Positions 44,028 through 56,644 of a stretch of 64,000 nucleotides of DNA are shown here, piece after piece. The notes beneath the pieces are model-generated. The model searched no databases. It saw only the letters and a list, made by a program, of their open reading frames with translations, and was not told the DNA's origin. This DNA comes from an uncultured Methanosarcinaceae archaeon (lineage in GTDB: Archaea; Halobacteriota; Methanosarcinia; Methanosarcinales; Methanosarcinaceae): the NCBI GenBank assembly GCA_963727895.1, contig CAVSHT010000012.1, positions 320,001-384,000 on the forward strand. Reading direction: 5' to 3'. Position numbers and translations under genes: made by a program. How positions within the stretch are numbered: position 1 is the stretch's first letter; the number at the start of each line of letters is the position of its first letter.

Positions 44028-46045
44028 TAAAGCAACCCAATGTCATTCTTGGAAATGACGAGCTGCTTGTAACAATGGGAAGAAAAGGCGATATCTTAGG
44101 TTTTTTCTATCCCCGTAGAGATCATGCGCAACACGTTGAAGAATCCGTTGCCTGTATTCATACAGGAGAAAAGCTTCTTTGGACAAACGATAACGATTGG
44201 CACTGCATCCAGAATTATATAGAAGACACCAATATCGTTTCCACAAAACTTTACCATGATTCGGGAATTCGTATATCCATTCTCGACCTCGTACACCCTG
44301 ACGTCCCTGTTCTTATTCGCAGATTTAAGATCCAGTCTCAGAAAAAAATCTCAGGAAAGTTCTTCTATTATTCGAATTTCAATGTAGGAGAAACATCCAA
44401 GAAAAACTCCGGTTTTTGCGATTCTGAGATTCATTTGCTCGTACAATACTGGCAAAACCACCACATCGGGATATACTCCAACCCAACGTTTACTGAGTGG
44501 CAGATTGGAAAAGCAATGGATACCATATGGTGGACGAATTCCAAATACGATATGGAAGATGGAAAACTCCAGGGGAATAAAGAAGATATAGGAAATATTA
44601 ATAACGCAGCTGGTTGGGATCTAGAACTGGAGGCTGACGGAGCAAATGAGTTTGTTATCTATATAGGAGCTGCTTCTTCCAGACGCCTCCTGTATAAAAG
44701 AATGCAGGAACTCTCAAAACTGCCTCTGGAATATATTTTCGAAAAGACTCGGGAACATTGGGTTATGTTGCTTTCCAGAAAGCAGGTGCTCAAAATGCCA
44801 GGACTTGAGGGTTATAATAACTTGCGTCAGGAACTGTTCAATGCTTATAACCGGTCTATTCTCATGCTTAATCTTCTTAATGACCGAGAACATGGGTCTT
44901 TTGTGGCTGCTCCCGAGTTTGACTCTAATTTTGAGAAATGCGGAGGATACGGTTTTTGTTGGAACAGAGATGCTGCAGAAATCGTGCTCGCATTAAAGCA
45001 TTCAGGATATCCAGAATATTGCGATATGTTTTTCAAATGGTGTATTCAGACTCAGCTTTCTGACGGTTCGTGGTTTCAACGTTACTGGCTCAACGGGGAT
45101 ATAGCTCCTTCATGGGGCAATTTTGATTACTCCACCCAGATAGACGAAACCGGGTCCACTCTGTATGCCATGGATGTTTATTACAAGATTCTAGAAGGCC
45201 TGAAAAAAGATGAATTTCTCGAAGAAGTATGGGTTTCCGTGTTAAGAGCTGCCGAATATCTTATGAAGCGAACCAAATCAGGACTTCATGAAAAATGTAT
45301 GGATTTGTGGGAAACTTACTATGGAATTTTTACATATACAAATGCTTCAATTTATGCTGGGCTAATGGGTGCTTCTTACCTGGCTGAAGAGAATGGAGAA
45401 GCTGGTATGGCAAAGCGCTGGAAAAAGAGGGCAGAGTTCGTCAAACAAGCTACAATTGATCGTTTCTGGCTTCAAGAAGGATATTTTGCAAAAGGAGTAA
45501 TTAACGAGAAGTTGGACAAAACCATTGATGTAAGCATTCTTGGCGCCTATGTTCCTTTTGGAATGCTCTCTCCAAAAGATCCTTTAGAGAAGGATATGAT
45601 CCAGTTTATGATAGAGAACATCCAGAAAAAGCTTTCAGTACCCGTTAATCTCGGCTATGGCATCAAAAGATATGAGAATGACAGCTACATAAACGGGAAC
45701 CCGTGGGTAGTAACTACTCTCTGGCTTTCCGAAGCAATGTTTTCCCTTGCTCTTGAAAACCCGGATGTAAAAGAAACATCTACCTCTACTACAGGGACTT
45801 ATTCTGAAAACGAAGAAATATATGATGAAAACACGAAAAAACTGATCAGTGAAGGAATTAACTATCTTAAGTGGGTTCTTGCCGGAGCGACCAGTACAGG
45901 GCTTCTTCCGGAACAGGTAGACCAGTCTACAGGCAAACCTGCCTGGGCAATTCCTCTAGGATGGAGTGGTTCTCTAATGCTTGATAACATCCTCCTCCTG
46001 GACAAAATCTGCAGGAGAAAGGCAGGGAATTCAGAAGAAAATTGA
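44024..46045 (+). CDS. GH15 glucoamylase-family protein
   Basis: GYGFCWNRD, QIDETG, DLWE, RYEND.Y..GNPW, GLLPEQ, PLGWS. Confidence 0.92.
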   Translation: MIKQPNVILGNDELLVTMGRKGDILGFFYPRRDHAQHVEESVACIHTGEKLLWTNDNDWHCIQNYIEDTNIVSTKLYHDSGIRISILDLVHPDVPVLIRRFKIQSQKKISGKFFYYSNFNVGETSKKNSGFCDSEIHLLVQYWQNHHIGIYSNPTFTEWQIGKAMDTIWWTNSKYDMEDGKLQGNKEDIGNINNAAGWDLELEADGANEFVIYIGAASSRRLLYKRMQELSKLPLEYIFEKTREHWVMLLSRKQVLKMPGLEGYNNLRQELFNAYNRSILMLNLLNDREHGSFVAAPEFDSNFEKCGGYGFCWNRDAAEIVLALKHSGYPEYCDMFFKWCIQTQLSDGSWFQRYWLNGDIAPSWGNFDYSTQIDETGSTLYAMDVYYKILEGLKKDEFLEEVWVSVLRAAEYLMKRTKSGLHEKCMDLWETYYGIFTYTNASIYAGLMGASYLAEENGEAGMAKRWKKRAEFVKQATIDRFWLQEGYFAKGVINEKLDKTIDVSILGAYVPFGMLSPKDPLEKDMIQFMIENIQKKLSVPVNLGYGIKRYENDSYINGNPWVVTTLWLSEAMFSLALENPDVKETSTSTTGTYSENEEIYDENTKKLISEGINYLKWVLAGATSTGLLPEQVDQSTGKPAWAIPLGWSGSLMLDNILLLDKICRRKAGNSEEN

Positions 46046-46365
46046 GGAATAATAAAAAGAAGAAGATCTGAGAAACAGAAAGAAAGAGAAAAGGTATAAA
46101 AAAGAACAGCAAACCAGACGATCATTGAAAATTTTATACCCTTAGTTTGAGTACTAGACGATTCTGAAACAAATGTAGTAACAGCTTAACAATGATCTTA
46201 CTATGAAGACCTATTTTAACCGGCTTTTTTTCATTTACAAACTCGTTCATATCAAAGCCGGTTAATCAGGAAAACTATATAAAAAGCTCCCCCATTCCAC
46301 ATTTTGTCGTGAATTTTTTCTCGTTTTATAAATAAGGATTCGTTTTTAGATTAAAGACTCAGTTT

Positions 46366-47147
46366 TTAGACTGTAGCCACTTTTATGTAATCCGTTTTTG
46401 TTGTCGTATTGCTACCTGCAGTATTTGTTACTGTCAGTTTAATAGTATAATTTCCTACTGTGGAATATGTATGCGTTGGATTTTGTGAGGTCTTTACTGC
46501 CCCATCTCCAAAGCTCCATTTCCATGAAGTAGGTGAGCCAGTACTTTTATCAGTAAAGTAAACTGTTAATGGTAAATTTCCAGAAGTAGGTTTGCAGTAA
46601 AATTTGCTATGGGAAATGAAACTACTGGTGTAGTTATAATTGTTGTTAGAGAACCACTATTATCACTGATACCTTGTGATACAGCATCATCGTTAATACC
46701 AAGCCAAAGTTCACCATCTCTATCGATAGTAAAAGTAATATTGCTACCTATAGCCCAATATCCTTTTCCAGTAAGTTGGGGGAAAAACGAACTATTACCC
46801 CACTGATCTTGATATGGATCAATGCTTTGAGAACCTACAAAAGCAATAAGTTCACCATGTTTACTTGGGGCATCAGAGGTTAGAAATAGGTCTGCAAGAT
46901 AATCGCCACTAGTATCATCGCCATCTGGACCACATTCCTCAACACCCGTATTCCATGTACCGCTTGATTTAATAGACACAGTTTGTCCTTTCACTACTTT
47001 CAATCCTGTATCCTTCCAGAGAGGATTTGCAGGTACATTTATATTATGAGTTTCAGCATGTACAACTGATGCACTCATCGATCCAAGAAACGATAAAACA
47101 AAACATAATGACATTCTCTTAAAAAAATTGGCTTGTTGATGTTTCAC
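46366..47147 (-). pseudogene. Secreted PA-IL(LecA)-like domain plus PKD protein, frameshifted at about 46590
   Basis: N-part VPANPLWKDTGL.V.KGQTVSI..SGTW...GELWLGIND; the shifted frame continues PTSGNLPLTVYFTDKSTGSPTSWKWSFGDG...NPTHTY...GNYTIKLTVTN..GSN..TKTDYIKV to TAA at 46366. Confidence 0.8.
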
Positions 47148-47844
47148 TATTGAATGTCTCCTTTTTTAGCTGTTTTATAATGTCTATCCCAATTGGATCT
47201 GTAACTTACAAAAAAACAAATTAGATTTCACATGGATGAAGTGAACTTATTAGAAAATCTCCCGTTGAATTTTGAAAAGAATACGTTTTTATACCGTTAC
47301 AAAGCCCAACAGTTTCAATTATTTACCATTAATATTTAAAAATATTTATATTTAAAACTGTGGATCTATTAAGAGATTAATAAATATTTCTAAAGAGAAT
47401 TGAATTTATATCCAGTAGGTTGACATTAAAATAGACGTGATCTATAAATAGTGTTTTTTAAGTAGAGTACGCATTGTTATTTGGACAAAACATATTAACA
47501 ATAGCTCAAAAATTTCAGGAGAGGTATAAACAAAGATATGTTTTTACAATATATTTAATATAAAATATGTATTTTTCAGCAAAGATACTATCATTAAAAA
47601 TATCTAAAAACAAATTACCTGCCAAACGTAGGTTTATAGATTTGATAAAAAAATTATTGTTGGGATAAACTCAAGCAATATTATTAAAAAGTAATGAGGA
47701 AAACAGAAGTTAACAGTACACAAAGCACTGAAAAATTGTGTCCTTAAGTTTTTCTTCCACGCTTTTTCGTGTTGACAACAGTTTTGGAATTTCTTTTGCT
47801 TTTCCTGTTTTTGCTGTCTAAACTTAGATTTCTTTAGTTTAATT

Positions 47845-49260
<1,416 letters not shown>

Positions 49261-49354
49261 CTAAAAAATGTAAAATCTTTATTTTCTAGAGCTTAATCTC
49301 TTTTCCTGTGCGCGTAAATCTCTTTTCCAGTTCGTTTTGTAGGTTTTTGGGATT

Positions 49355-50539
49355 TCAGGCAATGACTTTTCCATATGGACTTTCTTCATAATAACTGACA
49401 AGCTGTTTTGCTGTCTCATTAGATCCTCCTGAATTTGAACCCAAAAGCAGGCTTGAAAGACTTGCTTTATTCATATATTCAACTTTTGGTTCTCCTGAGA
49501 TTCCTCCAAGTTCTGCAGCCTTGTCAATTGCATCATAAAGATTTCCTAAGCTATCTACAAGTCCAAGTTTCTTTGCTGTGGTTCCAGTATATATGCGGCC
49601 GTCAGCAAGGGTTTTTACTTCACTTTTAGGCATATGGCGCCCTTCTGATACATCGGTTACGAAATTATCGTAGCTTTCCATAACCACAGAGTCAGCATAC
49701 TCTTTTTCGTTATCAGTAAGTCCTCTCCAGGTGCTTCCCATGTCTTTCATTTCTCCGGACTTTGCAACATAATAACTTACACCGGTCTCATTATAAGAGG
49801 CAGACAGATTCTGGAAGATCCAGATAACTCCAATAGATCCAGTATTCGTAGAAGGGTTTGCAATAATGTAATTAGCAGGCGCAGAAATATAATATGCAGC
49901 ACTAGCTGCAAGATCTCCCATGGATACAACAACAGGAATTCCTTTTGCCTGGACTCTCTTAATCTCTTCTACAATTTCCTGTGCTGCTGCTGGAGATCCT
50001 CCAGCACTATTAACTCTAAGCACGATTGCTTTGACTCCACTATCTGCGGCAGCTTTGTGAATATCTTCTGTAATATCTTCGGAAGTCGCATAGCCAACTT
50101 CTGAAGGAGCGTTTCCTGTAAGTAAAGTTCCCTGAACGTAGATAACAGCTACCTTCTGAGAATTTCCAATGTCTCCTCCTACACCGAAACTGGAAAATAT
50201 TGCTGCAAAACTAACCAGTATGACGGCAACAAGAGCAAGTACAATCAGGAAATAAGGCACCCATTTACGCTTTTTTTTATGGGGATGCGGATTGAAGTTC
50301 ATAATTGAACTCTTATTTACAGTTTCTCTATTTTCAGAGGTTTCTAAAGGGGTTCCTTGATCAACTATTTTCCCAGAACCATAAGGGGCAGAATCGGTAA
50401 AGGAATTATCACTCGTACCGTAAGCCCTTTTTTCAGGGACGAAGCTCTCTCCTCCATTATGAGGAACGTCTTGTGAGATACTATCTTCAGATAGATCTTT
50501 TGAGCTCGTACCTTCAGGGTCTATGTTTTTATCGTTCAT
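49355..50539 (-). CDS. sppA: Signal peptide peptidase SppA
   Basis: NSAGGS, SMGDLAASAAYYI, GSIGV, KSGEMKD, DGRIYTG. Confidence 0.93.
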   Translation of the reverse strand: MNDKNIDPEGTSSKDLSEDSISQDVPHNGGESFVPEKRAYGTSDNSFTDSAPYGSGKIVDQGTPLETSENRETVNKSSIMNFNPHPHKKKRKWVPYFLIVLALVAVILVSFAAIFSSFGVGGDIGNSQKVAVIYVQGTLLTGNAPSEVGYATSEDITEDIHKAAADSGVKAIVLRVNSAGGSPAAAQEIVEEIKRVQAKGIPVVVSMGDLAASAAYYISAPANYIIANPSTNTGSIGVIWIFQNLSASYNETGVSYYVAKSGEMKDMGSTWRGLTDNEKEYADSVVMESYDNFVTDVSEGRHMPKSEVKTLADGRIYTGTTAKKLGLVDSLGNLYDAIDKAAELGGISGEPKVEYMNKASLSSLLLGSNSGGSNETAKQLVSYYEESPYGKVIA

Positions 50540-50838
50540 GTTTTATAGGACCATATATTTTAAGACTTTATATTTTAGATTTATCGCTTTAGTCTGCTAC
50601 CTTGAGCATCTCTAAGCTTTTTAGTAAAAATGGTGGCCTATTACGAAGTATGCAATGCAAATAATATAATTTGCAGAAGCCTACGGGCAATATAATTTGC
50701 TTAACAGCATGAATTGTTAAATCTATTATTTATTTGTCTCTACATTTTATTCTTCTTTATATAGGATTACTAACTATCCTCAAATAAGTTACCTTGAAAA
50801 TACAATACGCGAAACTGATTCAAAAAACTACTTGCCCG

Positions 50839-50936
50839 CAAGCCTTTAAAAATTGCTTGATCACAAGCCTTTAAAAATTGCTTGATCACAAGCCTTTAAA
50901 AATTGCTTGATCACAAGCCTTTTCAAAAAAGGCTTG
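50839..50936. repeat. Three 25-bp tandem palindromic units CAAGCCTTTAAAAATTGCTTGATCA followed by hairpin CAAGCCTTTTCAAAAAAGGCTTG
   Basis: Units at 50839, 50864, 50889; related hairpin CAAACTTTTTCAAAAAAAGTTTG near 50978-51000; half copy at 59928-59953. Confidence 0.9.
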
Positions 50937-51082
50937 AGCGAAAACACATAGAAAAGGCGTGATAAAGAGGTGTAAAACAAACTTTTTCAAAAAAAGTTTG
51001 ATCAAAAACAGTAAGCAAAATATATTTTAGAATTGTAGTTATCGAAGAAAGATATATTCACAAAAAATATATGGAGATCAAA

Positions 51083-53209
51083 ATGCCAGAATCATCCAGT
51101 AAACCCGTACTTGTTACCTGTGGCCTGCCTTACGCTAACGGTAAGGCTCATGTAGGGCATCTCCGAACCTATGTGCCTGCTGATATTTTTGTCCGTTCTT
51201 TAAGAAAGGAAGGGAGAGATGTTACTTTTGTTTGTGGATCGGACACTCATGGGACCCCGATTGTTGTAAATGCTGAAAAACTGGGAATGAGTCCTAAAGA
51301 ACTTGTAGAAATATATCACAAACATTTTGATGAAACTTTCAAGCAGCTAGGTGTTTACTTTGATGCTTTTGGGACAACGGATGATCCTGAAAACCATAAC
51401 AGAACAACAGAGATTGTCAGCAAGCTGATTGAAAAAGGCTACGTGTACCCGAAAACTATAGAAATTGCCTATTGTCCGAAATGCAATCGTTTTCTTCCGG
51501 ACCGCTATGTGGAAGGCACCTGTCCTCACTGCGGTGAAATTGCAAGAGGAGACGAATGCGATCAGGGATGTGGAAAACACCTTGAGCCAGGAGAACTCCA
51601 GATCCCTGTCTGCACCATTTGCGGAGGGCCTGCCGAGTACAGGCAACAGGAACATTTCTTTTTCAAGCTTTCCGAGTTCAGTGACTTTCTCATGGAATAT
51701 CTCTCAAATAATATTGGCGGAACCATCAATGCCATAAACTATGCACTTGGTTGGGTAAAACAGGGACTTACGGACTGGTGCATTACTCGAAATCTGGAAT
51801 GGGGAGTAGAATTTCCAGGGCATGATGACCTCGTGGTCTATGTCTGGGTAGATGCTCCTATAGGGTATATCGCCTTTACTGAAGAATGGGCTGCAAAAAC
51901 AGGAAATTCCTGGGAAAAATACTGGAAAAACGATGGGGAAATCGTCCATTTCATAGGAGGAGACATTACTTATCATCATTGTATCTTCTGGCCAGCCATG
52001 CTTAAAGGTGCAGGTTACTCCGTTCCGACAGCTGTTGTAGCTTCAGGCATGGTCAAAATTGAAGATAAAAAGTTTTCAAAGAGCCGAGGTAATGTAGTCT
52101 GGGTAGGAGAAGATTACATTGACCACGGGTTCCATCCTGATCTGTTGAGGTATTATTTAGCAAGCTATACCTCCCACACAAAGGAACTAAATTTCTCCTG
52201 GCACGTGCTTCAGGAAAAGATTAACACTGAACTTGTGGCAGTGCTTGGAAATTTCCTGTACAGGACAATGCTTTTCGCTTTCAAAAATTATGGAGAAGTT
52301 CCTGAAGGAGAACTCGAATCCAGGGTAAGAGAAGAAATCGAAAAGACGCTGAAGGAAGTAAAAGCCGCAATGGCTGAATATGAATTCAAAAAAGCTGTAG
52401 ATTCTGCAATGGTTCTTGCGTCTTTTGGAAATATCTATTTCCAGTCCCATGAGCCCTGGAGTCTGATCAGACAGGATAAGGCAACCTGTGGACAAGTCCT
52501 TTATAATTGCCTGCACATTGCAAAAGCTCTATGCCTCATTTTTGAGCCAGTGACCCCGGATAGCATGGAAACTGCCTGGAAAGAGCTGGGACAGGAAGGA
52601 GACCTTCACGTTGCTCGGTATAGCGAAGCTCTAGTGCCTTTGAAAGTAGGCACAAAACTTGAGAAGCCAAAAATCCTCTTCACAAAGCTCGAAGATGACA
52701 GGATTGAGGAAATGGAAGAGATTGCAAATCAGAGGGTAAAAGCCGCAGATGCAAAGAAAACCGCTGCAAGGGGTAATAAAGAACCAGCCAAATCCGAAGG
52801 AATGGGAACTGAAAAAGAGGCAAAAGAAGCAAAAAAAGCTGAGGCAGCAACAAAATCAGAGGAGGAAACAGAAACTCTTCCTACAATTGATTACGAAGAC
52901 TTTGCAAAACTCGATATAAGAGTGGGAAAAGTTCTCCTTGCCGAACCTATAAAGAAATCCCGAAAACTCCTTCGTGTCGAGGTAGATATTGGTGAAGAAA
53001 AGCCAAGGCAGCTTGTTGCAGGTTTATCTTCATATTATACTCCTGAAGAACTTGAGGGAAAATATGTAATTGTACTTGCCAATCTGAAACCTGCCAAACT
53101 TTGTGGAGTCGAATCAAACGGCATGATGTTTGCAGCTGACGATGGTGGAGAAATCGTATCTGCGCTGATGCCGGACAAAGAGATAAAACCTGGTTCCAGA
53201 ATACACTGA
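51083..53209 (+). CDS. metG: Methionyl-tRNA synthetase
   Basis: LPYANG..HVGH, zinc knuckles, [16 protein letters not shown]-terminal tRNA-binding OB domain. Confidence 0.97.
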   Translation: MPESSSKPVLVTCGLPYANGKAHVGHLRTYVPADIFVRSLRKEGRDVTFVCGSDTHGTPIVVNAEKLGMSPKELVEIYHKHFDETFKQLGVYFDAFGTTDDPENHNRTTEIVSKLIEKGYVYPKTIEIAYCPKCNRFLPDRYVEGTCPHCGEIARGDECDQGCGKHLEPGELQIPVCTICGGPAEYRQQEHFFFKLSEFSDFLMEYLSNNIGGTINAINYALGWVKQGLTDWCITRNLEWGVEFPGHDDLVVYVWVDAPIGYIAFTEEWAAKTGNSWEKYWKNDGEIVHFIGGDITYHHCIFWPAMLKGAGYSVPTAVVASGMVKIEDKKFSKSRGNVVWVGEDYIDHGFHPDLLRYYLASYTSHTKELNFSWHVLQEKINTELVAVLGNFLYRTMLFAFKNYGEVPEGELESRVREEIEKTLKEVKAAMAEYEFKKAVDSAMVLASFGNIYFQSHEPWSLIRQDKATCGQVLYNCLHIAKALCLIFEPVTPDSMETAWKELGQEGDLHVARYSEALVPLKVGTKLEKPKILFTKLEDDRIEEMEEIANQRVKAADAKKTAARGNKEPAKSEGMGTEKEAKEAKKAEAATKSEEETETLPTIDYEDFAKLDIRVGKVLLAEPIKKSRKLLRVEVDIGEEKPRQLVAGLSSYYTPEELEGKYVIVLANLKPAKLCGVESNGMMFAADDGGEIVSALMPDKEIKPGSRIH

Positions 53210-53217
53210 AACAGATT

Positions 53218-53292
53218 CTTTTCTTTTTTACTTTTTTATTTTCTTTTCTTTTTTACTTTTTATTCTGATTTTTTCTTTCTAGTTTTCTTTTT
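53218..53292 (+). terminator. Oligo-T tracts after metG (archaeal intrinsic terminator region)
   Basis: Long T/C-rich run immediately after the stop codon. Confidence 0.55.
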
Positions 53293-53610
53293 GTGGAAAA
53301 GCTAAGTGAGGTCAAATTGGCAAAATCCATGTAAAATATAACTCTGGGCAAAAACAGATTTTATTTTATTCAAAAATGAGTGAACATATTTATAAAGTTT
53401 GAAAGATCTAATAATATGAAGCAAGTTGTCTAAACTAATCTCGTTTTTTTCTTCTTTTGTTTTTGAACCTCAAGCGGAGTTAGGCCAATTTGCCTCAATA
53501 AATGAAAAAAGGTACTCCAATAAAGTTACTCCAATAAATCATAAAAAATTCAGCCAGTAATTCAGATAACCTACTCTTTACCAAATAAAAATAAAGAACA
53601 GGAGAATTAG

Positions 53611-54300
53611 ATGAAACGCCTAAATTTGTTTTCGATACTTTTTACACTTATAATGCTTCTTTTGGTTCCAAATCTTGCAGCGGCTTCATTTGCTGCAGAA
53701 GCTGGAGAAATACCATACCAGATAAACAACTCTGACCGCATAGTTATTGGTACAGTGAGTAAGGTTGATATGTTTCGTGACCACATGATTGCTATAGTTG
53801 AAGTTAATGAGTGGCTTTATAACCCTCTGCCCACAAAAACCATAAAAGTAAAAAGTGGAATCGGAACTAATGTAGCGGTGTCAACAGAGCCTAATTTTAA
53901 TCAGAACGAATCCGTACTCTTGATGCTAAACGACATAAATTTAGATCAACAACTTTTCCATGTTGCTATAGGAGAGCCAGGAAAACGTCCTGTTTCAGAC
54001 AGAGATGCAGTAATCAAAGAACTGAAAGCTCTGGGTAAGTGGCCGGAAGAAAAACAAATTGAGAACAAAACCAATGAGACCAAAAAAATAGGAAATATAG
54101 AATATTTAGGCAAACAAAAGGAAAATCAAACAGAAAATAAGACAAATAACACTGGAATGATAGAGAACAAAGTAACAACAGGAAAGCAGGAAGAAAATAC
54201 CACTAATAATCAGAAATCAAACGCTACTCCTTTTATGAGCGCTATTTGTATAATTGCAGCAGTGTTGGGAGCAATCGTGTACGTAAAAAGGAAACAATAA
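53611..54300 (+). CDS. Secreted, C-terminally anchored hypothetical surface protein
   Basis: Signal peptide; Asn/Thr-rich stalk; TPF + TM + KRKQ tail. Confidence 0.8.
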   Translation: MKRLNLFSILFTLIMLLLVPNLAAASFAAEAGEIPYQINNSDRIVIGTVSKVDMFRDHMIAIVEVNEWLYNPLPTKTIKVKSGIGTNVAVSTEPNFNQNESVLLMLNDINLDQQLFHVAIGEPGKRPVSDRDAVIKELKALGKWPEEKQIENKTNETKKIGNIEYLGKQKENQTENKTNNTGMIENKVTTGKQEENTTNNQKSNATPFMSAICIIAAVLGAIVYVKRKQ

Positions 54301-54386
54301 AACTATGATAGAATAATTTACGCAGATTATTTAAAAAATGGTGTATGAAAAGTCTTGAAAAGCTGGTTGTACATCGATCAGATGTA

Positions 54387-54917
54387 TTAACCTTTATTTT
54401 CCAGTACCATCTCAAGGTAAGAAGTTCGAATAGAATCTTTTTCTCCGGCACCAAACTGTTTCAGCAATTCAAATAATTTTGCCCTTGAAATTTCAAGCTC
54501 TTTTTCGTTTTCAGCCACGATTTCGACTTCAAGAAATTCTCCAAGGTTTTCTACGGAATCAAGACAAACAGTAATATCTCCTGTGCTGAAAACTTCTCTC
54601 TTTTTGCGTACTACTCCGGCTTCAGAAAAACCAAGGGCATGCAAAATTTGTATTGTATTAACCTCGTCTACAGGAGTTTCTAATTCTTCCCGAGTTTTAG
54701 AGATGCCATCAAGCTTGGGACCTTTATAAGTCATTACAGCTTTTCCTTCCAGTGAACGTATCCTGAGTGCTTCGTCAGTTTTCGCAAAATCCCTGTGAGG
54801 AGCTGCAAAATAAACATCGGATTGATTCTCAACTCCGATTTTTACTGCCCCTATTTCTTTGAGAATAGAGCGGGCTTTAGAATGGTCTGCTCTGACTTTT
54901 ACCTCGATTTCAATCAT
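54387..54917 (-). CDS. cyaB: CYTH-domain protein (class IV adenylate cyclase-like)
   Basis: EIEVK, DEALRIR, TYKGPK, REELE, LGEFLEVE, SYLE. Confidence 0.9.
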   Translation of the reverse strand: MIEIEVKVRADHSKARSILKEIGAVKIGVENQSDVYFAAPHRDFAKTDEALRIRSLEGKAVMTYKGPKLDGISKTREELETPVDEVNTIQILHALGFSEAGVVRKKREVFSTGDITVCLDSVENLGEFLEVEIVAENEKELEISRAKLFELLKQFGAGEKDSIRTSYLEMVLENKG

Positions 54918-55047
54918 AGTTTTCAGGCATCTCCAGTAAATCAGATTAAAATTCACAAAATTTCGGGATAAGAGTTCATATTAGCGTTCAGTTTGTTAAA
55001 AATCGATTAACTAATCTTAAAAAAATGGAATCTGGAAAATCCAGATT

Positions 55048-55449
55048 TTATTCTGTATCTTCAGGAACGAACTTGGTGCCGTAGTAAATCATTCCACGTT
55101 CACCGTCTTCCCCAAGTTTACGGAACACAGATCTTACCCTAGTTCCAATATGAATTTTTTCAGGGTCGCCTACAACCTGAGAGGTTAAACGAGGACCTTC
55201 ATCCAGCTGAATTATTGCAAGGGCGTAAGGAACCTGACTTTCAAAACCTTCAGCAGCGGTATGAATTACTGTATATGATACTACTTCTCCAGTACCTTTG
55301 AACTTATAGGGTTCGATATGACCTCCACGCCTGCAGTTTACACAAACATTGCGTGGTGGATAATAGTGTTCCCCACAATCTTTACAGTAGGTACCTTCAA
55401 GATTATACCTGCTATCTAAACTTCGCCAGAATCTTGGAACAGAAGACAT
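55048..55449 (-). CDS. DUF35 zinc-ribbon/OB-fold thiolase partner
   Basis: CKDC...PPR.VCVNC, GEVVSYT, YGTKF. Confidence 0.92.
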   Translation of the reverse strand: MSSVPRFWRSLDSRYNLEGTYCKDCGEHYYPPRNVCVNCRRGGHIEPYKFKGTGEVVSYTVIHTAAEGFESQVPYALAIIQLDEGPRLTSQVVGDPEKIHIGTRVRSVFRKLGEDGERGMIYYGTKFVPEDTE

Positions 55450-55455
55450 TGAGTA

Positions 55456-56628
55456 TCACCTTTCCCTCGATAAAATATGAATTACTGCCGTTGCCCCTGA
55501 CCCTCCTACATTATGGGTCATTCCGTACTCTGCTCCATCTACCTGTCTCTTTCCTGCTTCACCGCGAAGCTGAGTTGTGATTTCTACGGCCTGTTTTATG
55601 CCTGTTGCTCCCACTGGATGTCCACAGGATTTGAGACCACCTGAGGTGTTAACAGGAATCCTACCTCCTATAGCGGTTTCTCCATTTTCGGTGACAATTC
55701 CACCTTTTCCTTTTTCTGCAAATCCAAGATCTTCAATGGCACAAATCTCAGCAATAGTGAAACAATCATGCACTTCCACAACATCGATATCTTCAGGCCT
55801 TAATTTTGCCATGGAGTATGCACGTTTTGCAGCCACTACAGTTGCATCGAGAGTTGTTATATCTCGTCTGTCATGAAGGGCAATTGTATCACTTGCCTGA
55901 GCAGTTGCCTTTATGTAAATAGGAGTATCCGTATATTTGTGTGCAATATCCGCTGGAGCAAGCACAAGGGCTGAAGCTCCATCAGTTATTGGGGAACAGT
56001 CAAAAATATGCAGAGGGTCAGCTACCATTATAGAGTTTAATACATCTTCCACAGTAATTCTGTTTTTATACTGAGCAATGGGATTAAAAGATCCATTTTT
56101 ATGGTTCTTTACGGCAACTTCGGCAAGCTGTTCACTGGTTGTCCCATACCTGTGCATATGTAGCTTTGCAATCATTGCATAGAGTCCAGGAAAAGTAGCT
56201 CCTGCCATACCTTCCCATTCGCGGTCAGCTGCTGCTGCAAGAGCTGAAGATGCTTCTTCAGACCCAATATCAGTCATTTTTTCTGCTCCTGCTGCAACCA
56301 CGATATCGTTATAACCGGAAGCTACAGACATGATAGCCTGGCGCAGGGCAAGCCCACCTGATGCACAGGCAGCTTCCACTCGCGTAGCAGGAACATGCAG
56401 GTTCCTGGAGAGTCCAGAATAATCTGCAATAAGAGCTCCTATATGCTCCTGCTCAATAAAGCGGCCTGCACTCATGTTTCCTACATAAAGAGCATTGATA
56501 TCTTTTCCGCTAACACCAGCATCCTGGATTGCTCCTATCCCGGCTTCTACGACTAAATCCCTCAGAGAACGCTCCCATAGTTCTCCAAACTTAGTATTTT
56601 TTACTCCGATAATTGCTACATCTCTCAT
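55456..56628 (-). CDS. Acetoacetyl-CoA thiolase
   Basis: [34 protein letters not shown]. Confidence 0.94.
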   Translation of the reverse strand: MRDVAIIGVKNTKFGELWERSLRDLVVEAGIGAIQDAGVSGKDINALYVGNMSAGRFIEQEHIGALIADYSGLSRNLHVPATRVEAACASGGLALRQAIMSVASGYNDIVVAAGAEKMTDIGSEEASSALAAAADREWEGMAGATFPGLYAMIAKLHMHRYGTTSEQLAEVAVKNHKNGSFNPIAQYKNRITVEDVLNSIMVADPLHIFDCSPITDGASALVLAPADIAHKYTDTPIYIKATAQASDTIALHDRRDITTLDATVVAAKRAYSMAKLRPEDIDVVEVHDCFTIAEICAIEDLGFAEKGKGGIVTENGETAIGGRIPVNTSGGLKSCGHPVGATGIKQAVEITTQLRGEAGKRQVDGAEYGMTHNVGGSGATAVIHILSRER

Positions 56629-56644
56629 TATACTCACTCCGTTT

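Noticed and set aside
50839..50936. Possible CRISPR array (25-bp palindromic repeats)
   Set aside because: No unique spacers, and no cas operon in the window
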